Notes: generated from the sequence alone by a model not told the origin. DNA of 52,217 bases from an uncultured Erysipelotrichaceae bacterium (GCA_902763555.1 CACWSI010000007.1:1-52217); one strand, 5' to 3'; shown: positions 1 through 9,384, counted from the first letter of the stretch. Made by a program: numbers and translations.

Positions 1-134
1 CTCACAATAACGCGTGAAGGGTCTCCACTTTTAATGTTGTAGCCTAGGCAGGTAGATTTAGGTGTCCCCACTTAAATCCACTTTAATTGTCGTAGGCCCA
101 TCTTTTGGATAGGCAATTTTTAAATATTTTGTGA

Positions 135-2891
135 TTAATAGGTTTCGTATTCTAAGATACCTAATTTGATAACACCATTTGTTATTTCAGTCTCATCAAT
201 CTCAACTGCGAACACACCATTTGAGTGGAGATAAGCATCTAGGTAACCCCATAATTTTGTAAACGTGAAACCAGAACCTGTAAGCGTTTCGATATAAGCA
301 TCACGTGCAGCTTCAGCAGCGGCTTGTGTTGGAAGTGTAATGGTTACAAAGGCTTCACCGAAATAGAAATCATATGCGAATGTAGCGCCTTCCGCTTCTA
401 AAGCAGGAAGAATACCTTCAGCGATTGGAAGATCCGCGACAATTTGCGCCATTGGGAATCCATCGCCACCTTGTTGTCCGCCTTCAATTTTCTTAATTGT
501 TAATGATACACCAAATCTATTTGTGCTTACCGCAACAGTGTATTGGTTGTTTGGTGATTTAAATACATCATCGTATTCGTCTGAACTAGCAGAGTCATAT
601 GTGAAGTTAGCGGCTCTTAATAAAGCCATATAATCACTCTTAATTTGATCTTTGTTATCAGCTTCGATAAGAACATATAAGCTACCATCATAGTTTGTAC
701 CAGCGGTGATATCATCACAAATTCCATCATAGGATGGAAGTTCATCTGTATAACCTTGACCCGCGAATAATGCAGTGATCTTAGCGGTTGGCCATAATGA
801 GACAAATGCGGTCACAGGTGTACCGTGGATATTAATCACTAATGAACCATCTTTAACAGACAAACTGATTTGGAATTGATTATTCTTTGAGTTCATGTTT
901 TGTGTAGAAGAATCAAGTGTGTATTCAGCCGCTTCTAAAAGCGCCATATATTGGCCTTGAGCACTTGATGCAGCATCGGTAGCACCATAAACACATGTGA
1001 TTTGAATATCTTCTTCACCAACGATTTTGTATTGATATTCGTTAGCGCCAGTAAGGGCTGGAACAGCATCACTACCTAAGAAATAACTAGAAATTAGGCT
1101 AGACGGGAATACTTTTGTCTTACCAGTCTTAGCAAAATCGATAGTGAAAGAACCTTTTTCTGCGGAATATACTTTAATAGCAATTTCACTATTTGGATTA
1201 GTGTATGTACTAGAGGCCTCATCATAATCGGTATAACCAGCATTTGTTAAATCAGTTTTATATAATTCAACAGCAGCTTCTTCACTGCCTCTTTCAACCT
1301 TAACTAAAACACCGATACCAAACATATCGTTTAAGATAACAAAGCCTTTGTTAGCACCGGTAAATGCTGGAACAGTACCGATAGTGTAATCGCCTAATAA
1401 GGCTGCAATATCATCAGCTGGCCAATCCTTCACAGGAATTGGATCTAATTTAAAGTAGATGGTGAAAATAGCGGCGTTATATTTTGCGCTATATTCAAAT
1501 TGTAATCTGGCAATGCCCTTATCAGCGATTGTTAAAAATGCATAGTAGATGTTACCGTCTTTTTCAACTTCCCAACCGCTTGTTTTTATTGAATCAGTGT
1601 AGCTGACTAAGTTTTGCTCAGTGGCACCATAGACGTACATGAAGGCGTGGATAGCTTCATACGCTCCATAGGCATAAGCTTGTTCGTTAACATCGGATTC
1701 CTTAAAGATATATTCACCATTAGTGACATTAAGAGCAGGGATGTTAACAACATAGCCGTTATATTTGTTATAGAAGTCTTCAATTACTTTTGTGTTCCAA
1801 TAACTAAGTGGACCAAAGTAAATATCTAAACTCTTATATTCATCGTTATAAGCATAATTAACACAGTATTTACCATCTGGGGAGACTGCGACTTTATAGC
1901 TTTGATTTAATTCGTCTAAAACATTCCAGTTAGCGGCAGTTAAAGCAGTGGTATAAGTATCCGCTGCATCTGTATCGTTTGTGTAGCAGAAAATGCCATA
2001 ATCACTAGATGATACTTCATAATAATCCGCACTAAAGGCAGGTGGAACTTCATTAGATCCAAATGCTCCTGTTGCAATTTCAGAAGCAAAAGCAGCAGGG
2101 AAGGTATAGTAATATGGGTCATAAGCTTCTAAATAGAACTTACTTTCCACATTAGCAAAAGCCACTCTTAAGTGTCTTGTAGCGGTATTAACTGTCACTG
2201 ATTTTTCAAAAACATAACCTTGTGGATTAACGTTTGTAAATCCATCGGCGACAACCTTAGCGGCATAAGTAGCAAGTGTATTAGAATCTGCCGCGCCACC
2301 TTGAATAGTAACAGCGTCATTTTCTTCATCATATGCGACTACAGCTTCTTCTGAGCCAGTAAATGGAAGGACATATCCATATAAGTGGTCAGACATGATT
2401 TTAGCTTCAGCGTCTGTCCATGCTTTTTTGCCTGGTTTAGCTACGAGAATGTTAAATGAATTAGTGACTCTTCCATATGCGACAGTAACTGGAATAGCAC
2501 CAATGGTGTTTAAAGTAGCACCGTTAGCAGGATTAGTGGTGTAGTTAGTAACTGCTTCACTTGTATTATCACTATAATTAGCGGTAACAACTAAACCAGT
2601 TAGGTCTAATTTCTCACCTTGCTCATAATTCTTTTTAACATTAGTGGTATCTAATGCGATACCTGTTAATGTAGGGGCAACAGAACTAGACCTGCTACTT
2701 GGGGATGAACTACTTGATTCACTACTAGATGAAGGAATCGAAGTAGATGGATTATCACTAGATCTAGATTCACTAGGTAAACTTGTATCGCTACTGGATG
2801 TGTTGTTATTTGAGGATGAGTTATCACTACAACCAACCATCACACCAGTGGCCATCGCGACTAGGAGTAATAATTTGATATTATTTTTCAT
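135..2891 (-). CDS. Large surface lipoprotein: Ser-rich linker, bacterial Ig-like (Big_3-type) domain, then about 7 tandem copies of a 100-125 aa domain
   Basis: Lipoprotein signal MKNNIKLLLLVAMATGVMVG-C21; Ser/Asn-rich stretch; LTGIALDTT..KKNYEQGEKLDLTGLVVTANYSD is typical of Big_3; recurring [WF]P..I....[VI]P.[FL] and Y...L..xG[FYW] motifs; SD GGAG upstream. Confidence 0.8.
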   Translation of the reverse strand: MKNNIKLLLLVAMATGVMVGCSDNSSSNNNTSSSDTSLPSESRSSDNPSTSIPSSSSESSSSSPSSRSSSVAPTLTGIALDTTNVKKNYEQGEKLDLTGLVVTANYSDNTSEAVTNYTTNPANGATLNTIGAIPVTVAYGRVTNSFNILVAKPGKKAWTDAEAKIMSDHLYGYVLPFTGSEEAVVAYDEENDAVTIQGGAADSNTLATYAAKVVADGFTNVNPQGYVFEKSVTVNTATRHLRVAFANVESKFYLEAYDPYYYTFPAAFASEIATGAFGSNEVPPAFSADYYEVSSSDYGIFCYTNDTDAADTYTTALTAANWNVLDELNQSYKVAVSPDGKYCVNYAYNDEYKSLDIYFGPLSYWNTKVIEDFYNKYNGYVVNIPALNVTNGEYIFKESDVNEQAYAYGAYEAIHAFMYVYGATEQNLVSYTDSIKTSGWEVEKDGNIYYAFLTIADKGIARLQFEYSAKYNAAIFTIYFKLDPIPVKDWPADDIAALLGDYTIGTVPAFTGANKGFVILNDMFGIGVLVKVERGSEEAAVELYKTDLTNAGYTDYDEASSTYTNPNSEIAIKVYSAEKGSFTIDFAKTGKTKVFPSSLISSYFLGSDAVPALTGANEYQYKIVGEEDIQITCVYGATDAASSAQGQYMALLEAAEYTLDSSTQNMNSKNNQFQISLSVKDGSLVINIHGTPVTAFVSLWPTAKITALFAGQGYTDELPSYDGICDDITAGTNYDGSLYVLIEADNKDQIKSDYMALLRAANFTYDSASSDEYDDVFKSPNNQYTVAVSTNRFGVSLTIKKIEGGQQGGDGFPMAQIVADLPIAEGILPALEAEGATFAYDFYFGEAFVTITLPTQAAAEAARDAYIETLTGSGFTFTKLWGYLDAYLHSNGVFAVEIDETEITNGVIKLGILEYETY

Positions 2892-2987
2892 AGTTTCTCC
2901 TTTCTTTTGAGATAAACTTTATGCCATACATACTATTTGTTTTTGAAAAACAAAGCAAGCAAAAGGCAATTTACTAAGATCTAAACA

Positions 2988-3018
2988 AAATAAAAAAGCC
3001 CTTATTTTTCTAAGGGCT
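2988..3018 (-). terminator. Intrinsic terminator of the nucleoside ABC operon
   Basis: 8-bp stem AGCCCTTA/TAAGGGCT followed on the minus strand by TTTTTTATTT, just after the permease stop. Confidence 0.8.
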
Positions 3019-3024
3019 AATTTC

Positions 3025-4005
3025 TTATCTATCTTCTCTAAAGTACGACTGGCCTAGACCCGCCGGAGCTTTGCCTAATTTCTTATTAAAGATACTTGTA
3101 ACAACAAGAATAATAACGGTGACGAAATATGGAATTAAAGCGAAGATTTGCTTTTCTGGACCAGGAACATTTAAGTAGCCAGGCATGATATATAGGAAGG
3201 CGAAAATAAATGAACCAGCGATACCAATATTTGTGTTCCACATTGTGAAGATAACAAGAGAAACCGCTAACCAGCCATATGAATCAACAACGAATTCAAA
3301 TGCTGCGCTACAGTTATCAAATAAATAGTACATACCACCTAAACCAGAAATAGCGGAACCAATAATCGTGGCTAAATATCTATAACGATTAACACTAATA
3401 CCAGCAGCGTCAGCAGCGGCAGGGTTTTCACCAACTGTTCTTAAGAATAAACCCACTCTAGTTTTCTTCATGATAATAGCAATACCGATCGCTACCGCAA
3501 TAGCTAGATAAACAAGAATACCATATGAGAAGAATAACTGTGTGAACCAGTTAGAGTTATAGAAACTTTCAGGGAACACGTGCATTAAGTATTTAGATGA
3601 AAGTGATGAGAATCCAAGAGAGATTTCTTTCTTGAAGAAGGAAATAACAAATGGATATAAACCCACACCAAATGTTGTTAACGCTAAACCAGTAACGTTT
3701 TGATTACAACGAAGTGTGACGGTAATAAATGAGAATAATAAACCCGCTAAACCAGCAAATAATAAGCAGAAGAAAGCAGTAAAGAAGAATGCTAAGAAGG
3801 CATTGGTTTGACCAGGAATGCCCAACTTAACTAAGATGCTTAAATAAATATAAGCACCAATGGCACTGCCCATAGCACCGATACACATAATACCTGGAGT
3901 ACCCATATTTAAGTGACCAGATTTCTCTGTCACTGTTTCACCAGCGGAGCCAAATAAGAAGACAGTGGCAAACTTAATAGAGCTAGTAATAATTTCTAGA
4001 AACAT
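3025..4005 (-). CDS. Nucleoside/sugar ABC transporter permease (BPD_transp_2, NupC-like)
   Basis: GETVTEKSGHLNMGTPG and KTRVGLFLRTVGENPAAADAAGISV motifs; multiple TM segments; operon context. Confidence 0.9.
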   Translation of the reverse strand: MFLEIITSSIKFATVFLFGSAGETVTEKSGHLNMGTPGIMCIGAMGSAIGAYIYLSILVKLGIPGQTNAFLAFFFTAFFCLLFAGLAGLLFSFITVTLRCNQNVTGLALTTFGVGLYPFVISFFKKEISLGFSSLSSKYLMHVFPESFYNSNWFTQLFFSYGILVYLAIAVAIGIAIIMKKTRVGLFLRTVGENPAAADAAGISVNRYRYLATIIGSAISGLGGMYYLFDNCSAAFEFVVDSYGWLAVSLVIFTMWNTNIGIAGSFIFAFLYIMPGYLNVPGPEKQIFALIPYFVTVIILVVTSIFNKKLGKAPAGLGQSYFREDR

Positions 4006-5204
4006 TATTGCTTACCTCCTTCCGCTTTTGGTGTTTGTCCTTCGGACATAGGAGGTTCATTCTTACTCTTGAAGAATTGGCGTAAATTAAATCTAATTCT
4101 AAAGTTAGTGAAGAACTCACTAGTTAAGATTAATAAGAAGAATAAACCAGATAAAACGTTAGCGACTTCGCCACTATATTGTAAGTTAGCAGCGGCATTA
4201 CTACTGCCAACGGTAATAATAGCGTTCAATACTGAATAAAGAACCATTTCTAATGGGTTGAAGTGACCAAGCCAACTAATCATAACAGCGGTAAAACCAC
4301 GTCCACCGACAACTGTTTCACTAACAGTATGGCTAGAACCTGAAACAAGTAAGAAACCAGCAATACCACAAACAGCGCCACATAAGATCATTGTTCTAAT
4401 AGTGACGACCTTAACGTTAATGCCAACATATTCAGCGGTTCTAACACTGCCATTTAAGACCGCAATTTCATACCCGTGTTTGCTATATTTGAGATAGAAC
4501 CATAATGCTACTACTAAGTTAATGATGACGAAAATGCCAATAAGATATGAACTTCCAAAGATCTCTGGCATCCAACCAGCATGAGTACCGGCATTTAATA
4601 CACCAAGAGCGGTACTACCTGTAGCTTTAAACTTCAAAGAGAAGGCCGCCACTAAGCCGATAGCAATATAGTTCATCATTAAGGTGAATAATGTTTCGTT
4701 AGTGTTAAAGAACGCTTTAAATATCGCAGGAATCGCCGCCCAAGCAGCCGCAAATATCAAAGCTAATACAAGCATTAATATAAGCGCTAAGAAGTTAGGA
4801 ATAGATGGAGCGATGAATTTCATAACAATCGCGGCACCAAAGCAACCCATTAACACTTGGCCTTCAGCACCGATATTCCAGAACTTCATCTTAAAGGCTG
4901 GCGTAATAGCAGCGGCAATAATTAATAATAACGATGCATTCCACAGAGTGGAAAATGCTGTATTCATGTTAAAGAAAGTACCTTCAACAACGAATATATA
5001 ATAGCTAATAAACTTTTCAGGCATTTCATCCAATGTTATTGGGGAAACAAGGAAGGAAATAATGCCACATAAAAGCAAGGCACCTAAAATAAATGAAAGT
5101 TTAACAACAAAGACGAACCACGTTGGTACTTCATTACGTCTAGCGATATGGAAAAGAGGATTTCTAACCTTTTTAACTTTTTGTTTTTGTGCTAACTCAG
5201 GCAT
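4005..5204 (-). CDS. Nucleoside/sugar ABC transporter permease (NupB-like)
   Basis: FWNIGAEGQ and FNTNETLFTLMMNYIA motifs; start moved to ATG 5204 (MPELAQ), which overlaps the ATPase stop and follows GGAG. Confidence 0.9.
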   Translation of the reverse strand: MPELAQKQKVKKVRNPLFHIARRNEVPTWFVFVVKLSFILGALLLCGIISFLVSPITLDEMPEKFISYYIFVVEGTFFNMNTAFSTLWNASLLLIIAAAITPAFKMKFWNIGAEGQVLMGCFGAAIVMKFIAPSIPNFLALILMLVLALIFAAAWAAIPAIFKAFFNTNETLFTLMMNYIAIGLVAAFSLKFKATGSTALGVLNAGTHAGWMPEIFGSSYLIGIFVIINLVVALWFYLKYSKHGYEIAVLNGSVRTAEYVGINVKVVTIRTMILCGAVCGIAGFLLVSGSSHTVSETVVGGRGFTAVMISWLGHFNPLEMVLYSVLNAIITVGSSNAAANLQYSGEVANVLSGLFFLLILTSEFFTNFRIRFNLRQFFKSKNEPPMSEGQTPKAEGGKQ

Positions 5205-6945
5205 TTTCTTCGCTCCTTTCTTCAACTTTCTTAGTCATTAATAAACCAATTTCGTTTTTATTAGTGTCTTTGCAGTTTAAGATACCAGCGACTTCCCCGT
5301 CCCTTAACACAAGAACACGATCACAAAGGGCAAGAATGACATCTAAATCTTCACCAACATAGATGACCGCACTGCCTTTTTCTTTTTGCTTATTGATTAA
5401 GTTATAAATCATGTAGGAAGAGTTAATATCTAAGCCACGTACTGGATAGGCCACCATAAGAACCTTTGGACGGGTTGAGATTTCTCTACCGACTAATACT
5501 TTTTGAATATTACCACCAGATAATTTCTTAACTGATGTATGTAAACTTGGTGTTTTAATTTCTAATTCATCCACTAATTCTTTAGCTAAAGCAGCAGGTT
5601 TATTTCTATGAACAATACCACCTTTACCTTTTCTAAAGCTTCTTAGCATCATGTTATCGATAAGGTCCATGCTTCCAACAAGACCCATACCTAATCTATC
5701 TTCAGGAACGAATGATAATTTAATACCTAAATCACGAATCTCAATTGGTTTCTTGCCTTTTAAATTCATGATTTCGTCTTCATAGAAAATGATTTGTTCT
5801 TTATTAACCATTTCAGTTATTTCTTTATTTGTTTTACCTACGAGTGATAGTGGTTCTTTTTTACCTTTTAAGTGGAATTTACCTTGTGCGGCTAATTCTC
5901 TAATTTGTTTAATGTTTTTATGGAAGAAAGTGACTGGTTGTTCTTTCTTTGGGTTATGGAAAATAATCGTGCCTTGTGTATTTCTATTAAGGCCCGCAAT
6001 TGTTTCTAACAATTCTTTTTGGCCACTTCCAGAGATACCTGCGATACCAAGTATTTCACTACCATATACGGTGAAATTGATATTTTTAAGTACTTTTCTA
6101 CCATCTCTACCATTTAAACTTAAATCTTGAACAATTAAGCGTTCACCAGTGGTAGGGATTTCCATTCTATTGATATTGAGATCGACTTTATGGCCAACCA
6201 TCATTTCAGTTAAAATCTTTTCAGTGGCATTTTCTGTTAAGATATCACCAGCGACTTCACCTTTACAAAGAACAGCAACACGGTCACTGATTTCTAAGAC
6301 TTCATTAAGTTTATGAGTAATGATAATGATGGATTTTCCATCTTTTTTCATCGCTCTTAGAACATCGAATAATTTTTCAATTTCTTGTGGAGTTAAAACC
6401 GCGGTTGGTTCATCTAAGATTAAAATATCAACGCCTCTATAGAGCGCCTTAATAATTTCTAATGTCTGCTTTTCACTAACAGACATGGTGTTAACTTTTT
6501 GCCAAGGATTTAATTTAAAACCAAATTTATTACAAATTTCAGTGATGCGATTAGCGCTTGCTTTTAAATTAAAACCCTGTGCTTTTGTGCCATCTTTTTT
6601 GGCAATTTCTTCATAGTCTTTTTTAGTTAGACCCACGACAACATTTTCAACAGCGGTGAATGTATCAACGAGTTTGAAGTGTTGATGAACCATACCTATA
6701 TGGTATTTATAAGCATCGTGTGGTGAACTGATTCTAACCTTTTCACCGTTAACATAGATATCACCAGCATCAGGGCAATAAATACCCGCGAGAGCATTCA
6801 TAAGAGTGGTTTTACCAGATCCATTTTCGCCTAATAATGAGAGAATTTCGCCATTATACAAAGAGAGGTTACAATCGTGATTAGCGACTATACGACCAAA
6901 TATTTTAGTGATGCCTTTTAATTCTATGACTTGCTGTTTTTCCAT
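5197..6945 (-). CDS. Nucleoside ABC transporter ATP-binding protein with two NBDs (NupA/RbsA-like) and an insertion in NBD2
   Basis: Walker A GENGSGKTT, ILILDEPT, ITHKL, LSGGNIQK, VPEDRLGMGLV. Confidence 0.92.
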   Translation of the reverse strand: MEKQQVIELKGITKIFGRIVANHDCNLSLYNGEILSLLGENGSGKTTLMNALAGIYCPDAGDIYVNGEKVRISSPHDAYKYHIGMVHQHFKLVDTFTAVENVVVGLTKKDYEEIAKKDGTKAQGFNLKASANRITEICNKFGFKLNPWQKVNTMSVSEKQTLEIIKALYRGVDILILDEPTAVLTPQEIEKLFDVLRAMKKDGKSIIIITHKLNEVLEISDRVAVLCKGEVAGDILTENATEKILTEMMVGHKVDLNINRMEIPTTGERLIVQDLSLNGRDGRKVLKNINFTVYGSEILGIAGISGSGQKELLETIAGLNRNTQGTIIFHNPKKEQPVTFFHKNIKQIRELAAQGKFHLKGKKEPLSLVGKTNKEITEMVNKEQIIFYEDEIMNLKGKKPIEIRDLGIKLSFVPEDRLGMGLVGSMDLIDNMMLRSFRKGKGGIVHRNKPAALAKELVDELEIKTPSLHTSVKKLSGGNIQKVLVGREISTRPKVLMVAYPVRGLDINSSYMIYNLINKQKEKGSAVIYVGEDLDVILALCDRVLVLRDGEVAGILNCKDTNKNEIGLLMTKKVEERSEENA

Positions 6946-6959
6946 GGGATAAATAAAGG

Positions 6960-6988
6960 TTTTAGCGGGGCTTTTGACCCCGCTAAAA
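6960..6988 (-). promoter_or_regulatory. Intercistronic stem-loop between the binding-protein and ATPase genes (mRNA stabiliser or partial terminator)
   Basis: Perfect 11-bp inverted repeat TTTTAGCGGGG/CCCCGCTAAAA with a weak downstream U-tract. Confidence 0.7.
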
Positions 6989-7009
6989 CATTGTTTTAAA
7001 GTTGTTTAA

Positions 7010-8218
7010 TTATTCTTTTGGGTTGACGGAACCGAGGTCGTTGATACCATCGATTAAAACGTCAAAGCTTGGAGCAGAACGGTATTCGGATTCGTGATAG
7101 TAACCACCTTTGATGAATTCGGTGCCATCTGGGTAATCGAATGTCCATTGTTTGCTTGGAGCCATATTTGCTTCACTTGGAGCTTCACCTTTAACAGTGA
7201 ATTTGCTTGTATCGAAAACTTTTAAAGAACCATTTTCTAATTTGGCTTTGACTTCGGCGACTTTTTCAGCGGTGCCAGGAGCAACATTTTTGCCTAATTC
7301 GGAAAGTTCAACAGAACCTTCTTTGAAACCACCACACCAGTTAGCTGGGATGTTAGCTTTTTCTGGAGATTCAGCTTCTTTAACGGCGTTGACGACGAAT
7401 TCATAGAATGGGGACCAGTTGATTCTGGAAGAAACCATGAATGTTTCTGGAGCAACATTAGCGGTAGAACCGTTATATGTAACGTTTGGAACTTTAGCTT
7501 CTTCACAAGCTGTTGGAGCACCATAGGAGTCAGCGTGTTGAGAAATGAGGACAGCGCCACCGGCGATTAAGGCTTTAGCAGCGGTCTTTTCAGCTGTTTC
7601 ATCATACCAAGAATCGGTATATTTGACGTCCATTGTGACATCTTCAACGATGGATTTAACACCAAGGTAGAATGATGTATAACCGGACATAACTTCAGCG
7701 TATGGGTGAGCGGCGACATAACCGATCTTTGAAGCGACGGAAGCATCAGCAGCTTTCATAGCTTGTAATTTCATACCAGCAACGACACCAGCGAGGTAAC
7801 GGCCTTCGTAAATGGAAGCGAAAGCGTTGTGGTAGTTAGCTAACTTTTCAGCAGCAGCTTTTGTACCTGTAGCGTGGCAGAATTGAACAGTTGGATGCTT
7901 TTTAGCGGCTTCAATCATATAGTCTTCATGACCAAAGGAGTCAGCAAAAACGACTTTGCAGCCTGTGTCGGCTAAGTTTTCAGCAACTTCTCTACATTCT
8001 GGACCTTCTGGAACGTTTTCACGAATGATTGGGTTGAAACCTAATTTCTTCGCGCTTTCTTTGAAAGCTTCAACGAAGTTCTTGTCGTAAGTTGAAGAAT
8101 CGGCTGGGTGTAAGCAGATTAAACCGACTTTCATTTTTGCATTGCCATTACATGCAGCTAAACCAGCGACAGAGGCAGCGGCTAATGCTAATAATGATAC
8201 TAAACGTACTTTTTTCAT
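7010..8218 (-). CDS. BMP-family (PnrA/BmpA-like) purine nucleoside-binding lipoprotein
   Basis: Lipobox GLAA-C23; ADSFGH, YEGRYLAG and ISQHADS motifs; purine riboswitch upstream. Confidence 0.92.
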   Translation of the reverse strand: MKKVRLVSLLALAAASVAGLAACNGNAKMKVGLICLHPADSSTYDKNFVEAFKESAKKLGFNPIIRENVPEGPECREVAENLADTGCKVVFADSFGHEDYMIEAAKKHPTVQFCHATGTKAAAEKLANYHNAFASIYEGRYLAGVVAGMKLQAMKAADASVASKIGYVAAHPYAEVMSGYTSFYLGVKSIVEDVTMDVKYTDSWYDETAEKTAAKALIAGGAVLISQHADSYGAPTACEEAKVPNVTYNGSTANVAPETFMVSSRINWSPFYEFVVNAVKEAESPEKANIPANWCGGFKEGSVELSELGKNVAPGTAEKVAEVKAKLENGSLKVFDTSKFTVKGEAPSEANMAPSKQWTFDYPDGTEFIKGGYYHESEYRSAPSFDVLIDGINDLGSVNPKE

Positions 8219-8250
8219 TTTTGTTTTTCTCCTCCTTGATTTCTTTTCTA

Positions 8251-8286
8251 AAAAATAAAAATGAGCTTCCTATAATTGGAAGCCTC
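8251..8286 (-). terminator. Riboswitch expression-platform terminator
   Basis: Minus strand GAGGCUUCC-AAUUAUA-GGAAGCUC followed by AUUUUUAUUUUU, between the aptamer and the SD of the BMP gene. Confidence 0.8.
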
Positions 8287-8334
8287 TACTTTAAATCAAC
8301 GGCGAAACATACGAACGATTATTTCGCAAACGGA

Positions 8335-8408
8335 TTTGATTCGTAGTGCTACATTATACGGTGTAGCGTAGAGACAACCCACCAATTAGGGAATTATACG
8401 AAGTCAAA
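8335..8408 (-). ncRNA. Purine riboswitch (C74, guanine/hypoxanthine type)
   Basis: Minus strand UUUGACUUCGUA-UAA-UUCCC-UAAUUGGU-GGGUU-GUCUCUAC-GCUACA-CCGUAUAA-UGUAGC-A-C-UACGAAUCAAA has canonical J1/2, J2/3 and P3, L2 GG / L3 CC kissing bases and discriminator C. Confidence 0.92.
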
Positions 8409-8431
8409 GTTTGTTTTCCTTTGACGCCATT

Positions 8432-8461
8432 ATTGTATATTCACAAAATGACAGTTGTAAA
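8432..8461 (-). promoter_or_regulatory. Putative sigma-A promoter of the riboswitch-ABC operon
   Basis: TTTACA-18 nt-TACAAT on the minus strand, just upstream of the aptamer. Confidence 0.5.
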
Positions 8462-8483
8462 CCCTTAAAAAGATAAATTTTCA

Positions 8484-8529
8484 CAAAAAAGTCGCACGGG
8501 TTTTATAAAATAAAGATTTATCGTGCGAC
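8484..8529 (-). terminator. Intrinsic terminator after apt
   Basis: 8-bp stem GTCGCACG/CGTGCGAC with a 23-nt loop, followed by a U-tract on the minus strand. Confidence 0.7.
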
Positions 8530-8544
8530 GTGTATGAACAATTC

Positions 8545-9096
8545 TTAGTAAGCTTCAACCGGAACAATGGAAATTACTGGATATTTCTTTAATAATTCAC
8601 GGCCTTTGAGTGGAGTGAGCTCGATATAGAACATAACACCTGCGACAGAAGCGCCACTTCTTTCAACGAGTTCACATAAGGCTTTCGCGGAACCACCAGT
8701 TGCTAATAAGTCATCGACCACTAAAACGCGATCACCCGGTTTAATAGAATCTTCACTAATTACCAAAGTAGCGGTGCCGTATTCTAAGTTATATGAGACA
8801 CAGTTACCTGGTCTTGGTAATTTGCCAGGTTTTCTCGCCATAACAACACCCTTCTTAGTTAATAAACCAAGAGTGGGACCAAATAAGAAACCACGGGCTT
8901 CTGGACAAACAATTTTATCAAATTGAATATTTTGTTCTTTTAATTCATCAACCATGACATCGAACACTAATTGGAGATATTCTGGATCTTCAAATACTGG
9001 AACGATATCTTTGAAAATGATGCCTGGTTTAGGAAAACCAGGAACATCCTTAATATGTTTTTCGGATAATGAAATGACTTGTTCTTTCTTGGTCAT
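8545..9096 (-). CDS. apt: Adenine phosphoribosyltransferase
   Basis: IKDVPGFPKPGIIFKDI, PEARGFLFG, RKPGKLP, YNLEYG and the PRPP motif VLVVDDLLATGGS. Confidence 0.96.
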   Translation of the reverse strand: MTKKEQVISLSEKHIKDVPGFPKPGIIFKDIVPVFEDPEYLQLVFDVMVDELKEQNIQFDKIVCPEARGFLFGPTLGLLTKKGVVMARKPGKLPRPGNCVSYNLEYGTATLVISEDSIKPGDRVLVVDDLLATGGSAKALCELVERSGASVAGVMFYIELTPLKGRELLKKYPVISIVPVEAY

Positions 9097-9242
9097 AATT
9101 GTGCTACCTCTTATAAAAACGACAAACTTTATTATATGTCAGAACAGTGCTTTTCTCAATGTATGACAGTAAGAAATTTCATGCCAATCTTATGACAAAA
9201 ACTCGATTATGTTTTATCTTAGAAAAATTCTAAAAAAAGTGT

Positions 9243-9270
9243 TTGCAATGATATGCGTATGTGGTAAAGT
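9243..9270 (+). promoter_or_regulatory. Putative sigma-A promoter of the uracil permease-upp-prs operon
   Basis: TTGCAA-16 nt-TAAAGT with extended -10 TG at 9262-9263. Confidence 0.55.
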
Positions 9271-9288
9271 TTTAGGCAAAGGATTGCT

Positions 9289-9384
9289 ATGGAGAAACGA
9301 ATTAGAAAGTGTAAGATTCCCGCCGCATTAGGGGGTTTCTTCCCTCAATTTTCCTCCCCATTCGCTATTCTTATCTGTTTGTAG
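9289..9384 (+). CDS. Putative 31-aa attenuator leader peptide MEKRIRKCKIPAALGGFFPQFSSPFAILICL
   Basis: SD AAAGGA a few nt upstream of ATG; open frame ending in TAG that overlaps the first bases of the terminator stem; 3' half is strongly pyrimidine-rich. Confidence 0.65.
   Translation: MEKRIRKCKIPAALGGFFPQFSSPFAILICL

Noticed and set aside
12-30. GTCTCCAC resembling a tmRNA 3' end
   Set aside because: No preceding T-arm (GGTTCGA.TCC) and no CCA; chance match.
617-2910. Short alternative-frame or antisense ORFs 617-805, 1614-1829, 1940-2122 and 2644-2910
   Set aside because: Shadows of the lipoprotein gene; no SD or recognisable motifs.
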